DNA of 61,441 bases from an uncultured Alphaproteobacteria bacterium (lineage in GTDB: Bacteria; Pseudomonadota; Alphaproteobacteria; RF32; CAG-239), in contig CALXVX010000022.1 of the NCBI GenBank assembly GCA_944392215.1, positions 1 to 61,441 of the forward strand, written 5' to 3'. Shown here one piece after another: positions 1 through 9,114 of the stretch (positions are counted from its first letter, which is position 1; every line of letters starts with the position of its first letter). The position numbers and the translations under genes are program-made. Under the pieces are notes generated by a model. It worked only from the letters and a program-made list of their open reading frames with translations, had not been told where the DNA came from and searched no databases.

Positions 1-498
1 CCTTTTGTTAAAGAACATATTGAAAACAGTATAAACGCCGAAAATGAATTCCACATCCAACAAATAAAGGAACTGCGACAACAATATGACCGCATTCAGG
101 AAAAATTAACCAAAATCAGAATGCAATTTGCTGATGAAAAAATAGCCGTTGACGATTTTAACGCCATCAGCACCCAATTAAAGTCGGAACAATACAATAT
201 AGAGGAAAAATTAAAAGGTCATACCATGGCCGATGAAAAGTTCTCAATTGCGGTCAGTACAGTACTTTCTTTGGCTGATAACGCCCTCGAATACTTAAAA
301 AGTTCGAAAGTAGAGCAAAAACGTGAAATTTTAAATCTCGTACTTTCGAACTTAGAGTTAAATGACGGAAAACTAAGCTACACGGTCAATTCGCCGTTTA
401 ATTTGCTGTTAGATTCGTCAAATCATAACGTATGGCGTACCCGGAGGGATTCGAACCCACGACCCTCAGCGTCGGAGGCTGATACTCTATCCAACTGA
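1..498 (+). CDS. large serine recombinase, C-terminal fragment (5' end outside window)
   Basis: Frame 1 is open from nt 1 (PFVKEHIENS...). The coiled-coil-like tail and the ending ...KREILNLVLSNLELNDGKLSYTVNSPF... resemble large serine recombinase C-termini from memory. No catalytic domain is visible. The last 22 codons run antisense through tRNA-Arg. Confidence 0.45.
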   Translation, partial: PFVKEHIENSINAENEFHIQQIKELRQQYDRIQEKLTKIRMQFADEKIAVDDFNAISTQLKSEQYNIEEKLKGHTMADEKFSIAVSTVLSLADNALEYLKSSKVEQKREILNLVLSNLELNDGKLSYTVNSPFNLLLDSSNHNVWRTRRDSNPRPSASEADTLSN

Positions 499-509
499 GC
501 TACGGGTAC
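433..509 (-). tRNA. tRNA-Arg (anticodon CCG)
   Basis: The reverse complement folds as a cloverleaf. Acceptor stem GTACCCG/CGGGTAC; anticodon stem TCAGC/GCTGA with loop CTCCGAC (CCG); TTCGAAT T-loop; encoded 3' CCA. Confidence 0.9.
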
Positions 510-593
510 AAAATTCTGCTTAGTTTCATATACCAAATAAAACAAAAATACCAGCAAAAACTTTCAAAATCAGCATTTAAATCGATTTTTCCC

Positions 594-622
594 TTGACTA
601 ATGTCAAAATAATATGTATTAA
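594..622 (+). promoter_or_regulatory. candidate sigma70-type promoter for rpmB
   Basis: TTGACT (594-599), 17-nt spacer, TATTAA (617-622), about 30 nt upstream of the rpmB ATG. Confidence 0.3.
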
Positions 623-654
623 GAGGCAACTACTTTTGATAAAGGATTAAAAAA

Positions 655-942
655 ATGGCAAAAAAATGTGATATTTCGGGCACCGGCGTTCAGAGCGGCA
701 ATAATGTCAGCCACGCCAATAACAAGACCCGTCGTCGTTTCCTGCCTAACTTGCAGGTTGTTTCTCTGTTAAGCGACACTTTGGGCAAAATTTTCAAGTT
801 GAAAGTTTGCTCCAAGACTTTGCGCAGCATTGAGCACAACGGCGGTTTGGATGCTTATCTCGAATCTACATCCAACAACAAGTTGACAGATGAAGCTAAA
901 AAAATCAAAAAATCAATCGCTAAAAAGAAAGCTCCTAAATAA
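655..942 (+). CDS. rpmB: 50S ribosomal protein L28
   Basis: MAKKCDISGTGVQSGNNVSHANNKTRRRFLPNLQ... matches the L28 N-terminal signature. Size is 95 aa. Confidence 0.93.
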   Translation: MAKKCDISGTGVQSGNNVSHANNKTRRRFLPNLQVVSLLSDTLGKIFKLKVCSKTLRSIEHNGGLDAYLESTSNNKLTDEAKKIKKSIAKKKAPK

Positions 943-973
943 TAACAATTAACCATCAAAGGTTAAGGTCTTT

Positions 974-1002
974 AAAAACCCTCGTCATTGGCGAGGGTTT
1001 TT
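974..1002 (+). terminator. intrinsic terminator after rpmB
   Basis: Hairpin CCCTCG-tcattgg-CGAGGG flanked by an A-run and a T-run (aaaaaccctcg...cgagggttttt). Confidence 0.7.
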
Positions 1003-1004
1003 AG

Positions 1005-1031
1005 TTATCCCCATTATCCCCACAATCCACA
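1005..1031 (+). promoter_or_regulatory. three abutting DnaA-box-like 9-mers upstream of dnaB
   Basis: TTATCCCCA TTATCCCCA CAATCCACA in direct tandem. Mismatches to TTATCCACA are 1, 1 and 2. The site lies about 100 nt upstream of the dnaB ATG. Confidence 0.4.
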
Positions 1032-1129
1032 GGGCTGAAAATATCAAACAAGAAATATAGTTGGTGTTTTAAATTTTTGTTGCTATAAACAAAATCAAAT
1101 TAAACAACGCCTATAAAAAGTTTAGAACT

Positions 1130-2605
1130 ATGGAAGCACCAGATATCAGCACACTCCCGCAAAACATTGAAGCCGAACAAGCCTTGCTTGGCGCCATTTT
1201 GGCCAACAACAAAGCATTTGAAAAAGTTTCTGAATTTTTGAAACCCCAACATTTTGCCGATTCCACTCACGCTAAAATATTCGAGGTGATCTCCAAGCTC
1301 ATCACCCGCGGACACGTAGCAGATGTCATTACCTTAAAAAACTACTTTGAGCAAGACGGCACCCTAAACGATGTCGGCGGCACCAAATACCTGGTAAAAC
1401 TGGCCGATTCTGCCACACCGCTGACAAATGCTGAATACTATGCCCAATTTATTTATGATAAATACCTTCGACGTGAGTTGATAGCTACCGGTTTTGATAT
1501 TGTCAACAACGCCAATAAAGAGGACCTTGATTCTGATGCCTCTGAACAAATAGAAGAAGCCGAAAAACGCTTGTTTGAGCTCTCTAACCAAGGAGATATA
1601 AACGGTGGTTTTGTAGATTTTTCTGAAGCTCTGACTTCTTCTCTGACACACATCGAACAAGCCTATCAAAAAGATGGTAAAATCTCCGGCCTTCCGACCG
1701 GGCTTGATGCGCTTGATAACAAAACCGGAGGCCTAAATAACTCTGACTTAATCATCATTGCCGGCCGTCCGGCTATGGGAAAAACGGCTCTTGCCACCAA
1801 CATTGCCTATAATGTTGCCGAGTATATGCTGCACGCCAAAGATCTGGATGAAAAATCCAGAGGTGTTGCTTTCTTCTCACTGGAAATGTCGGCAGACCAA
1901 TTAGCCTCTCGTATCCTTTCCACCGTAACCCAAACCAACGGTCACAAAATGCGTACCGGCGAGTTGGATAACGCTGAATTCACTCGAATTGCAGCAGCGG
2001 TCAGAGAGTTAGAGAAGATTCCGCTCTATATTGATGACACACCGGGCCTAAACATCAACACCATTCGCACCCGCGCCAGAAGATTAAAAAGAAACAAAGG
2101 CTTGGGATGTATTGTTATTGACTATATCCAACTGATTTCAGGTACCGGCTCCAAACGCTCTGAGGGCAACCGTGTTCAAGAACTTTCTGAGATTTCTCGT
2201 GGATTGAAAATTTTAGCCAAAGAATTAAATCTTCCGGTAATTGCCCTGTCTCAGTTAAACCGTGGTGTTGAACAAAGAGATGATAAGCGCCCCGTTATGT
2301 CAGACTTGCGTGAATCAGGTTCCATTGAGCAAGATGCAGATATTGTTATGTTTGTTTATCGTGAAAACTACTACCTCCAAAACGAAGAGCCTCAACAAAA
2401 AGCCTCTGAAACACCGGAACATCTGCAAAAACGTATGGAAGAGTGGGAGGCAAGAAAACGTGCCACCCAAAATGTTGCCGAGGTCATCATTGGCAAACAG
2501 CGCCACGGCCCGACCGGAACAGTCCAACTGTTTTGGAATGGAGATTACGCGCAATTTGGTAATTTGGCAAAAGAAGAATATCTACCAGAGAGAATAGGAG
2601 ATTAG
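1130..2605 (+). CDS. dnaB: replicative DNA helicase DnaB
   Basis: N-terminal PQNIEAEQALLGAIL, Walker A GRPAMGKTALA, and IVIDYIQLI and LSQLNR motifs. 491 aa. Confidence 0.95.
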   Translation: MEAPDISTLPQNIEAEQALLGAILANNKAFEKVSEFLKPQHFADSTHAKIFEVISKLITRGHVADVITLKNYFEQDGTLNDVGGTKYLVKLADSATPLTNAEYYAQFIYDKYLRRELIATGFDIVNNANKEDLDSDASEQIEEAEKRLFELSNQGDINGGFVDFSEALTSSLTHIEQAYQKDGKISGLPTGLDALDNKTGGLNNSDLIIIAGRPAMGKTALATNIAYNVAEYMLHAKDLDEKSRGVAFFSLEMSADQLASRILSTVTQTNGHKMRTGELDNAEFTRIAAAVRELEKIPLYIDDTPGLNINTIRTRARRLKRNKGLGCIVIDYIQLISGTGSKRSEGNRVQELSEISRGLKILAKELNLPVIALSQLNRGVEQRDDKRPVMSDLRESGSIEQDADIVMFVYRENYYLQNEEPQQKASETPEHLQKRMEEWEARKRATQNVAEVIIGKQRHGPTGTVQLFWNGDYAQFGNLAKEEYLPERIGD

Positions 2606-2606
2606 A

Positions 2607-2825
2607 ATGCCTGTTAATTTTATGAGTGTTTTTCTATATGTTTTGGCTACTGCCCTGGGTATTGCCGCAGTTGTTACCCTAATTGCATTGGGTGCCACCA
2701 TTTTTGCAGTTGTGTTCACCTACGTATTCATTCCGCTTTTCCTCATTGCGGGAATTCGTTGGTTATGGTTGAAATACCAACTCTCTAAAAGAGAAAAGAT
2801 AGAATATTTCAGGGATGATGAATAA
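2607..2825 (+). CDS. small two-TM membrane protein (unknown function)
   Basis: The ATG sits 1 nt after the dnaB stop. 72 aa with two hydrophobic helices and a charged tail. No recognisable motif. Confidence 0.45.
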   Translation: MPVNFMSVFLYVLATALGIAAVVTLIALGATIFAVVFTYVFIPLFLIAGIRWLWLKYQLSKREKIEYFRDDE

Positions 2826-2898
2826 AAAGCCATCTTCATTTATCCTTAACAAATAAAATAATATAATGACAAAATAAATAATTCGGATATTTGATGAC

Positions 2899-3339
2899 AT
2901 GGCTCAAAAAACCTTCTGGAAAACAAAAAAACTAAACAAATATACGCCTGAAGAATGGGAATCCATTTGCACCCATTGCGGCAGGTGTTGCCTCATCAAA
3001 CTGCAAGATGAGGATTCGGATGAAGTTTATGAAACCGATGTCATTTGCCGTTACCATGATTGCCAAACACACCTCTGCACAGAATACGCCAACCGCTGCA
3101 AGCTTGTCCCTACCTGTCTAAAACTCACTCCGGAAAATATTGGCAAGATTTCATGGATTCCAGAAACCTGCGCCTACTATATTTTAGCCAGCACCGGAGA
3201 TCTGCCAGCCTGGCATCCGCTAAAAACAAAGAAACCTTTACCTGAAGAACTCAAAGTCTCAAACTCTGTTGTGAGCGAGCTTTTGGTGCCGGAAGAAGAG
3301 CTTGAAGACCACATTATAGAGGATGCAGACGATGACTGA
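2899..3339 (+). CDS. YcgN/UPF0260-family Cys-rich protein, copy 1
   Basis: W..ICTHCGRCCLIKL...C.YHDCQTHLCTEY..R...VPTC..LTPEN...WIPETCAYY....GDLPAWHPL matches the UPF0260 pattern. Confidence 0.75.
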   Translation: MAQKTFWKTKKLNKYTPEEWESICTHCGRCCLIKLQDEDSDEVYETDVICRYHDCQTHLCTEYANRCKLVPTCLKLTPENIGKISWIPETCAYYILASTGDLPAWHPLKTKKPLPEELKVSNSVVSELLVPEEELEDHIIEDADDD

Positions 3340-3832
3340 TGATTGGCTGGATTCGCCCTTTGACCCCGAGCAACGCTATAAACACCTGGAAGATATTGAA
3401 CCAGAATTTTGGAAAAAGAAAAAACTGGAAGAAATGTCCCAAAAAGAATGGGAGCTTTTATGCGACGGCTGTGGAAAGTGCTGCCTAAACAAACTTGAAA
3501 TCCGCGGCCACATCAGGTTCACTCGCACGGTTTGCCGATTTTTAGATTGTCAAACCTGCCTCTGCAAAATATATGAACACCGTTTTAAAAAAGTGCCGGA
3601 TTGCCGCAATATAGACTTAGCCGCAGTGAGAGAAACGCCACGGTGGCTGCCCAAAACCTGCGCCTACTGGCTCTTAGACAACGGCCAAGATTTGCCCGAT
3701 TGGCACCCCTTAAAGACTAAAAAAGCAGCCTCTGTCCATGAGGCTGGAATGTCTCTGCAAAAACGAGACGTAATATCAGAAACCGGAGTAAATGACTATG
3801 AAGATTACATTATTGACTGGCCGGACCTCTGA
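3323..3832 (+). CDS. YcgN/UPF0260-family Cys-rich protein, copy 2
   Basis: Same pattern (LCDGCGKCCLNKL...CRFLDCQTCLCKIYEHRFKKVPDC...WLPKTCAYWLL..GQDLPDWHPL). It overlaps copy 1 by 17 nt. Confidence 0.75.
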   Translation: MQTMTDDWLDSPFDPEQRYKHLEDIEPEFWKKKKLEEMSQKEWELLCDGCGKCCLNKLEIRGHIRFTRTVCRFLDCQTCLCKIYEHRFKKVPDCRNIDLAAVRETPRWLPKTCAYWLLDNGQDLPDWHPLKTKKAASVHEAGMSLQKRDVISETGVNDYEDYIIDWPDL

Positions 3833-4505
3833 TATTGCAGAAGCTTTAGGGATGGAGATAAAGATTATAAAATCTCCCTTAGCTAAACGCCTAACCCTAA
3901 GGATTGACGACAAGAATCACCTTCCGGTACTAACCATTCCCAAGTATTGCACATCTCGCAAAGCTATCAACTTTGTGGAAGAGCATCGCGACTGGATTCG
4001 CAATATGCTGGCCCGTTTACCCACAGCCGAAAAATTTGAAAACGGAGAAAGCATCTCCATAATGGGAGAAAAAGTTATCATCACTCACCACCGCAGCCAA
4101 AGAGGAATTGTTCTCAAAGATGGCTTTTTGGTTGTTGGCGGCGAACCGGAGTTTTTGCATCGTCGTGTAAGCGATTTTTTAAAAAAACTTGCCGCCAAAG
4201 AGCTGTCAAAACTTTCAATTGCCAAAGCAAAACAACTAGGCAAAACCGTTCATCACATAAGCATTAAAGACACCAAATCCCGCTGGGGCAGCTGCTCCAG
4301 CAAAAACAATATCAACTATAATTGGCGGATAATTTTAGCCCCCAAACACGTCATTGACTATCTCGTTTGCCACGAGGTTTCTCACCTCTTACATCAAGAT
4401 CATTCTACAAACTTTTGGAATTGCGTTGCCACTCTTTGTCCTGATTATCAAGATGGACGTCGCTGGTTGAAAATAAAAGGCAAAGAGCTTTACCGCTACA
4501 TTTAA
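3792..4505 (+). CDS. YgjP/DUF45-type metal-dependent hydrolase (M48-like HExxH)
   Basis: SRWGSCSSKNNINYNWRI and HEVSHL motifs. The true start may be ATG 3852 (MEIKIIKSPLAKRLTLRI...). Confidence 0.75.
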   Translation: MTMKITLLTGRTSDIAEALGMEIKIIKSPLAKRLTLRIDDKNHLPVLTIPKYCTSRKAINFVEEHRDWIRNMLARLPTAEKFENGESISIMGEKVIITHHRSQRGIVLKDGFLVVGGEPEFLHRRVSDFLKKLAAKELSKLSIAKAKQLGKTVHHISIKDTKSRWGSCSSKNNINYNWRIILAPKHVIDYLVCHEVSHLLHQDHSTNFWNCVATLCPDYQDGRRWLKIKGKELYRYI

Positions 4506-4578
4506 TTTGCAAGTTGATTTTTCAAACTTCATACCCTATATTTATCTTAGTACAACGTAACATAAAAAGGAAAATTGA

Positions 4579-5307
4579 ATGGAAAACAAATCATATTCAC
4601 AAACAGCAGCCTCCGCCTCTATTAGTGAAGGTCTGCGCCAATATATGATAAAAGTTTATAACTTTATGGCGGCGGGATTGTGCCTCACCGCTTTGAGTGC
4701 CTATATTATCGGCAACACCTCTTTACTGGGACTGTTTTTTAACGTTAATCAGCTCGGCCAAGTTACCGGGATGTCCGGATTCGGCTGGTTGATGTTTATC
4801 GCTCCGTTGGTAATGGTTTTTGCCTTTGGCTGGGTACTAAATAGAGGAACATCTGCTCAGGTTCAGGGCTTGTTTTGGGCCTATGCAGCAGTTATGGGAG
4901 CATCTCTGACTCCGATTCTCTTGGCTTATACCGGTGCCAGTGTTGCTAGGGTTTTCCTAATCACGGCCGGCACTTTTGGTGCCATGAGTCTCTATGGCTA
5001 CACCACTAAAAAAGATTTAAGCGGGATGGGCTCTTTCTTGATGATGGGCTTATTTGGCATTATCATTGCCATGATTGTTAATATCTTCATGAAAAGCCCC
5101 GGCGTTGACTATGCTATTTCCATTTTAGCCGTTGGTATTTTTGTTGGCCTGACTGCTTATGATACTCAAAGAATCCGCGATATGTATTATGAAGGAGATA
5201 GTAGCGATATATCCACCAAAAAAGCTATTTCCGGTGCTTTGTCCTTGTATCTTGACTTCATTAACATGTTCATTTACTTATTGCGTTTCTTCGGAGACCG
5301 CAGATAA
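4579..5307 (+). CDS. BAX inhibitor-1/YccA family membrane protein
   Basis: LRQYMIKVYNFMAAGL start, about 7 TM helices, C-terminal DTQRI...Y......A..GAL.LYLDFIN.F..LLR. Confidence 0.85.
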   Translation: MENKSYSQTAASASISEGLRQYMIKVYNFMAAGLCLTALSAYIIGNTSLLGLFFNVNQLGQVTGMSGFGWLMFIAPLVMVFAFGWVLNRGTSAQVQGLFWAYAAVMGASLTPILLAYTGASVARVFLITAGTFGAMSLYGYTTKKDLSGMGSFLMMGLFGIIIAMIVNIFMKSPGVDYAISILAVGIFVGLTAYDTQRIRDMYYEGDSSDISTKKAISGALSLYLDFINMFIYLLRFFGDRR

Positions 5308-5323
5308 GCAATCATTACAAAAA

Positions 5324-5351
5324 GATCCCGCCGATTTGGCGGGATTTGTTT
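5324..5351. terminator. bidirectional intrinsic terminator
   Basis: GATCCCGCC-gattt-GGCGGGATT hairpin between convergent genes, with T-rich flanks. Confidence 0.6.
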
Positions 5352-6447
5352 ATTTTTGAAATTTCACCAAAGAACTTCCTTGCATCTCCTGAGCTTGCTT
5401 CAAAGCGTCAATTGCTTGTTCTATCAGCTTCTTAGCAGATCTTGCCGGATTTGGAAAAACACTCATCCCTACGCTAACGGTTAAATCGTGGGTCGTAAAA
5501 TTATCGCTCACCCCTTCTTTAAGCAGAGCCATAAGCTTTTTTATCTCCATATCAAGATCATAACCGCTCATTAAATCTGGCATTAAAATCCAAAAATGAT
5601 ATTTCAAGCCCCTTGCTACGGTATAGTTTTTCTTCAAGCTCAAAACAAAAGTATTAGCAAGTTTTTTAATAACAAATTCTTCCAGATGAAGCTTTCTAAA
5701 AGACTCTATATTGTCAATATGAACACCTATCACGGCGATTAAATCTCTCGGAAGTCTTGAATCTTTATAATTCTCACTATTAACGGCCATCTGCACCCTG
5801 TCTTCAAACAAGAAAAAATTAGGCAATCCGGTCAAATCATCATACAACCCGTTAAAAAACGGCTTATTCGCTTTATTTTGATGATTTCCAACTAAAATAA
5901 AAGAAAAATGCTCAGTATCCGGCAAATAGATAGCCTGAAATTCAACAGGAATCTGCCGTCCTTTCAAAGAACGCAGCCTGATTTTTTGCTTTTGCGCAGA
6001 CGTGAGCATCTCCCCAATACTGGAAGTCATAAGATTCCAATCTTGTTTATCAACAAAAGTTAAGAAAGGCACCCCAAAAGCGGATCGCATATCTTTAATA
6101 TCAAGCATCTGCATTGCCGTAAAATTAAAATATATCGCCTTATCATCACAGACCATAATAATCGGCCGTTCTGAGGTGTTCATCACCAAATTAACAATAT
6201 CGTTAAGATTAACATCCAAATCTTGCCAAAAATATTTTTCCTTTTTTACTTTTTTTTGCTGTTTTGGCATTTCAAGCTGAGGAAGCGGAGCGTCAGGATT
6301 CTCCAAATCATCCAACGAAATAGCATAACGTTTTGCATCATTAAGCAGAGACAAGCTAGGCGTTGCAACGGAAGAAGAAAAACCGTTGCCCTCCAAATTC
6401 TCCACATCAATAGAAACATTTTCACTCATTTTATTTCTCATTTCCAT
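5350..6447 (-). CDS. PAS-like + degenerate GGDEF-domain protein
   Basis: YDDLTGLPNFFLF opens a GGDEF fold. The signature position reads ARGLKYHF instead of RxGGDEF, so cyclase activity is probably lost. C-terminal SVGMSVFP...AIDALKQAQ is typical of the fold. Confidence 0.6.
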   Translation of the reverse strand: MEMRNKMSENVSIDVENLEGNGFSSSVATPSLSLLNDAKRYAISLDDLENPDAPLPQLEMPKQQKKVKKEKYFWQDLDVNLNDIVNLVMNTSERPIIMVCDDKAIYFNFTAMQMLDIKDMRSAFGVPFLTFVDKQDWNLMTSSIGEMLTSAQKQKIRLRSLKGRQIPVEFQAIYLPDTEHFSFILVGNHQNKANKPFFNGLYDDLTGLPNFFLFEDRVQMAVNSENYKDSRLPRDLIAVIGVHIDNIESFRKLHLEEFVIKKLANTFVLSLKKNYTVARGLKYHFWILMPDLMSGYDLDMEIKKLMALLKEGVSDNFTTHDLTVSVGMSVFPNPARSAKKLIEQAIDALKQAQEMQGSSLVKFQK

Positions 6448-6556
6448 ATATTTTAGAATCTATTTATTAAAAACACAATGCCAAAAATCTTTGTATTTTT
6501 TTAATAATCTTAGAATATAGTTCTACTATCTCCATCAAACAAGAAAGCAAGAAAAC

Positions 6557-8614
6557 ATGGCAGAAGAAGTTCAAACAGAACAAAACATTAGAGAACCGAT
6601 TGAAGAAGATGCCGTTTCAGCAGGTAGTGTTCCTAGTGTCAATAATAGCAAAGAAAATTCCTTTGACATGACATACTTGGTTAAGGAACGTTTTGAAATA
6701 AACTACAACTCACCTCTTCCGGATTTGGATGTAAACGGAGCAAAAGCCTATGCTGTAAAAGACAAAATAAACCCGCAACGAGAATTGTTTGCCCTTTTAT
6801 GTGACAATAATTTTCCACCCAGGTTATCAATGCTGCCTTACTTAAAATCCATAGAACATCCAAATTTATTAAAATTAATAGAATACAGTGTTGTTGATTA
6901 TATACCAGAAAAAACCATGAATATGGCATTAATTTACAACCGTCCGACAGGTCCAAAAACATCTCAAATACGGATCAAAGAAAAAATCAGTTTTGAAAGA
7001 TTCAAATCCTTGGTTTTATCTCTTATTTCCGGATGTGAAGCTCTTAAAAGCTATAACCTGACACATCGAGCCATCCGCATGGATAACGTTTTCTTTAAGG
7101 ATGAAGACTGCTCTGAACTTGTTTTGGGAGATTGTGCTGCATCTTTTCCGGCACTATATCAACCCAACGTGTATGAAACCTTAGAAAACATTTTGTGCTT
7201 ACCACAAGGCCGCGGCCAAGGAAGCAGTAGCGATGATATTTATGCCGCAGGCGTAACTTTGCTTGGAATTGTTTTAGAACATGAATTACCCTCAAAATAT
7301 TCCGGACCGGAACTACAAAGACTAAAACTAAAAAAAGGCTCCTTATCCGTTTTGCTAAATGGAGAAAAAATTCCCAATCATTTTTTACCCTTGTTTAAAG
7401 GAATGCTGGATGATAATGCAGAAAGTCGTTGGAATAGTTCTCAAATTTATAATTACCTAGAGGGAAAGACTCCAGCCTTTTCAAACGATTCCTCTGACCG
7501 GTCAATGAGAGCGCTGAGTATTGGTGGAGAAAAATACTATACCGCAAAATCTGCAGCTTTAGCCATGCTTGAAAATCCATCTGAAGGCCTATCAATAATT
7601 AAAAATGGAAAACTCTTAGACTGGATAAAAAACGGCCTAGAGAACGAGAAACTACATAACAAAATTGAGCGAGTAATAAATAGCGACAAAGAGCATGAGG
7701 CGAACCGCTTGCTTTTACCGCAAATCTGCATTTACCTTGACTATAGTTTGCCTCTCAAAAGTGATACTATATACATTTTTCCAAGCGGATTACCGAAAGC
7801 AGTTTTTCATTGTTTAAAAACCGGAAGATCCGTTGAGCCTTTTTACCAAATTTTGGCGGGAGACCTGATAAAAATCTGGTATCAAGAACAACCCTATTTA
7901 CACACGCCTGCCAACAGCAATGAGTTCAGAATATATTTGAATCGCAACACCTACGGCTATGGAATTGACAGAATCATCTACGATTTTGATGATGATCTAC
8001 CATGTACCAGTCCGCTAATAGGTAAAGAATTTGTCAACACACCATCAAAGCTTTTAAAAGCACTGGATTCAAATTATTCAGAAAACAAAGAGGAAAAACC
8101 CTACGACAAGAATATCATCGCCTACCTGCGTTGCAAAATGGGCAAAAAAATCGACGGAGTTTTAACAGATATAAATGCAAATCAAGATGCTCTGCAAATA
8201 TCTGCCGTCATGCGTCTTTATGCCAATATTCAAAATAAGAATGGTCCGGTTCAACTTCTAAACTTAACCAAATGGCTGGTAAAAGCAGCCAAACCGATTA
8301 TAATGAGCTACCACAACACAAAGTATCGAAAATTTTTGGAACAAGAAGCCATAAAAATAGCCAAAAGCGGAAAGATTATAGAACTCTACGAAATCCTTGA
8401 AAACGATGAAGCAAAAAAGAAAGATCGAACAGAATACTCCTCCATTCTGAAAAAAGTAAACATTTTAGTCACCGAACGCAACCGAATATTACAAGGAGGA
8501 CCAAAATTAGATGAAGAGTCCAAAGAGCTGGCCATAAAATTTGGCTCAATTCTTTCTATACTAACCATGCTGGGTTCTTTTGTCCTCAGCATAATTTATT
8601 GGGTATTCAAATGA
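6557..8614 (+). CDS. protein-kinase-like (probable pseudokinase) protein with C-terminal TM anchor
   Basis: AYAVKDK (VAIK-like Lys). HRAIRMDN replaces HRDxKxxN, so the catalytic Asp becomes Ala. Also LGDC (DFG-like) and DDIYAAGVTLLGIVL (subdomain IX). About 350 aa of unknown region follows, then a terminal TM helix LSILTMLGSFVLSIIYWVF. Confidence 0.6.
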   Translation: MAEEVQTEQNIREPIEEDAVSAGSVPSVNNSKENSFDMTYLVKERFEINYNSPLPDLDVNGAKAYAVKDKINPQRELFALLCDNNFPPRLSMLPYLKSIEHPNLLKLIEYSVVDYIPEKTMNMALIYNRPTGPKTSQIRIKEKISFERFKSLVLSLISGCEALKSYNLTHRAIRMDNVFFKDEDCSELVLGDCAASFPALYQPNVYETLENILCLPQGRGQGSSSDDIYAAGVTLLGIVLEHELPSKYSGPELQRLKLKKGSLSVLLNGEKIPNHFLPLFKGMLDDNAESRWNSSQIYNYLEGKTPAFSNDSSDRSMRALSIGGEKYYTAKSAALAMLENPSEGLSIIKNGKLLDWIKNGLENEKLHNKIERVINSDKEHEANRLLLPQICIYLDYSLPLKSDTIYIFPSGLPKAVFHCLKTGRSVEPFYQILAGDLIKIWYQEQPYLHTPANSNEFRIYLNRNTYGYGIDRIIYDFDDDLPCTSPLIGKEFVNTPSKLLKALDSNYSENKEEKPYDKNIIAYLRCKMGKKIDGVLTDINANQDALQISAVMRLYANIQNKNGPVQLLNLTKWLVKAAKPIIMSYHNTKYRKFLEQEAIKIAKSGKIIELYEILENDEAKKKDRTEYSSILKKVNILVTERNRILQGGPKLDEESKELAIKFGSILSILTMLGSFVLSIIYWVFK

Positions 8615-9084
8615 TAAAACCACTAAGAACACAACAACACCCCAAAAAGAAACTCAATTTTCTTCAAAAAGCACTACTTTTGCTTGGGTTAATCATTCTT
8701 GTCATCACAGCATTGCCGGCTATTGTTATTATAATTATTGGACTTTTACCAACAATTACGGTTTTGTTAATAGATTCTAAGAACGTAACCAAATTAACAA
8801 TGGTTGGCTGCTTCAATTTAGCAGGTGTTTTTATTTGTTTGATGAACATCTTTAACCAATTCAATCTTAACCATGCCATTACCATATTAGGAAATGTATT
8901 CAATATCATTATCATGCTGGGGGCAGCTGCTTTGGGAATGATTTTATATTATGAACTACCAAACTTATTTCTCCTAATCTCAAAGGCTTTTGCCCAAAGA
9001 CGTCTCCGCAACATAGATAACAAACTCGAAAAAATAGCGGATGAGTGGGGCAGAGAATGCATTGCGGACGTAGAACAGAAATAG
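8611..9084 (+). CDS. four-TM membrane protein, translationally coupled to the pseudokinase gene
   Basis: ATGA start/stop overlap at 8611-8614. Hydrophobic helices throughout. The ORF track also offers a TTG at 8599. Confidence 0.5.
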   Translation: MIKPLRTQQHPKKKLNFLQKALLLLGLIILVITALPAIVIIIIGLLPTITVLLIDSKNVTKLTMVGCFNLAGVFICLMNIFNQFNLNHAITILGNVFNIIIMLGAAALGMILYYELPNLFLLISKAFAQRRLRNIDNKLEKIADEWGRECIADVEQK

Positions 9085-9114
9085 AAGAGGCCGCGTTTAA
9101 AACGCAGCCTTCCG

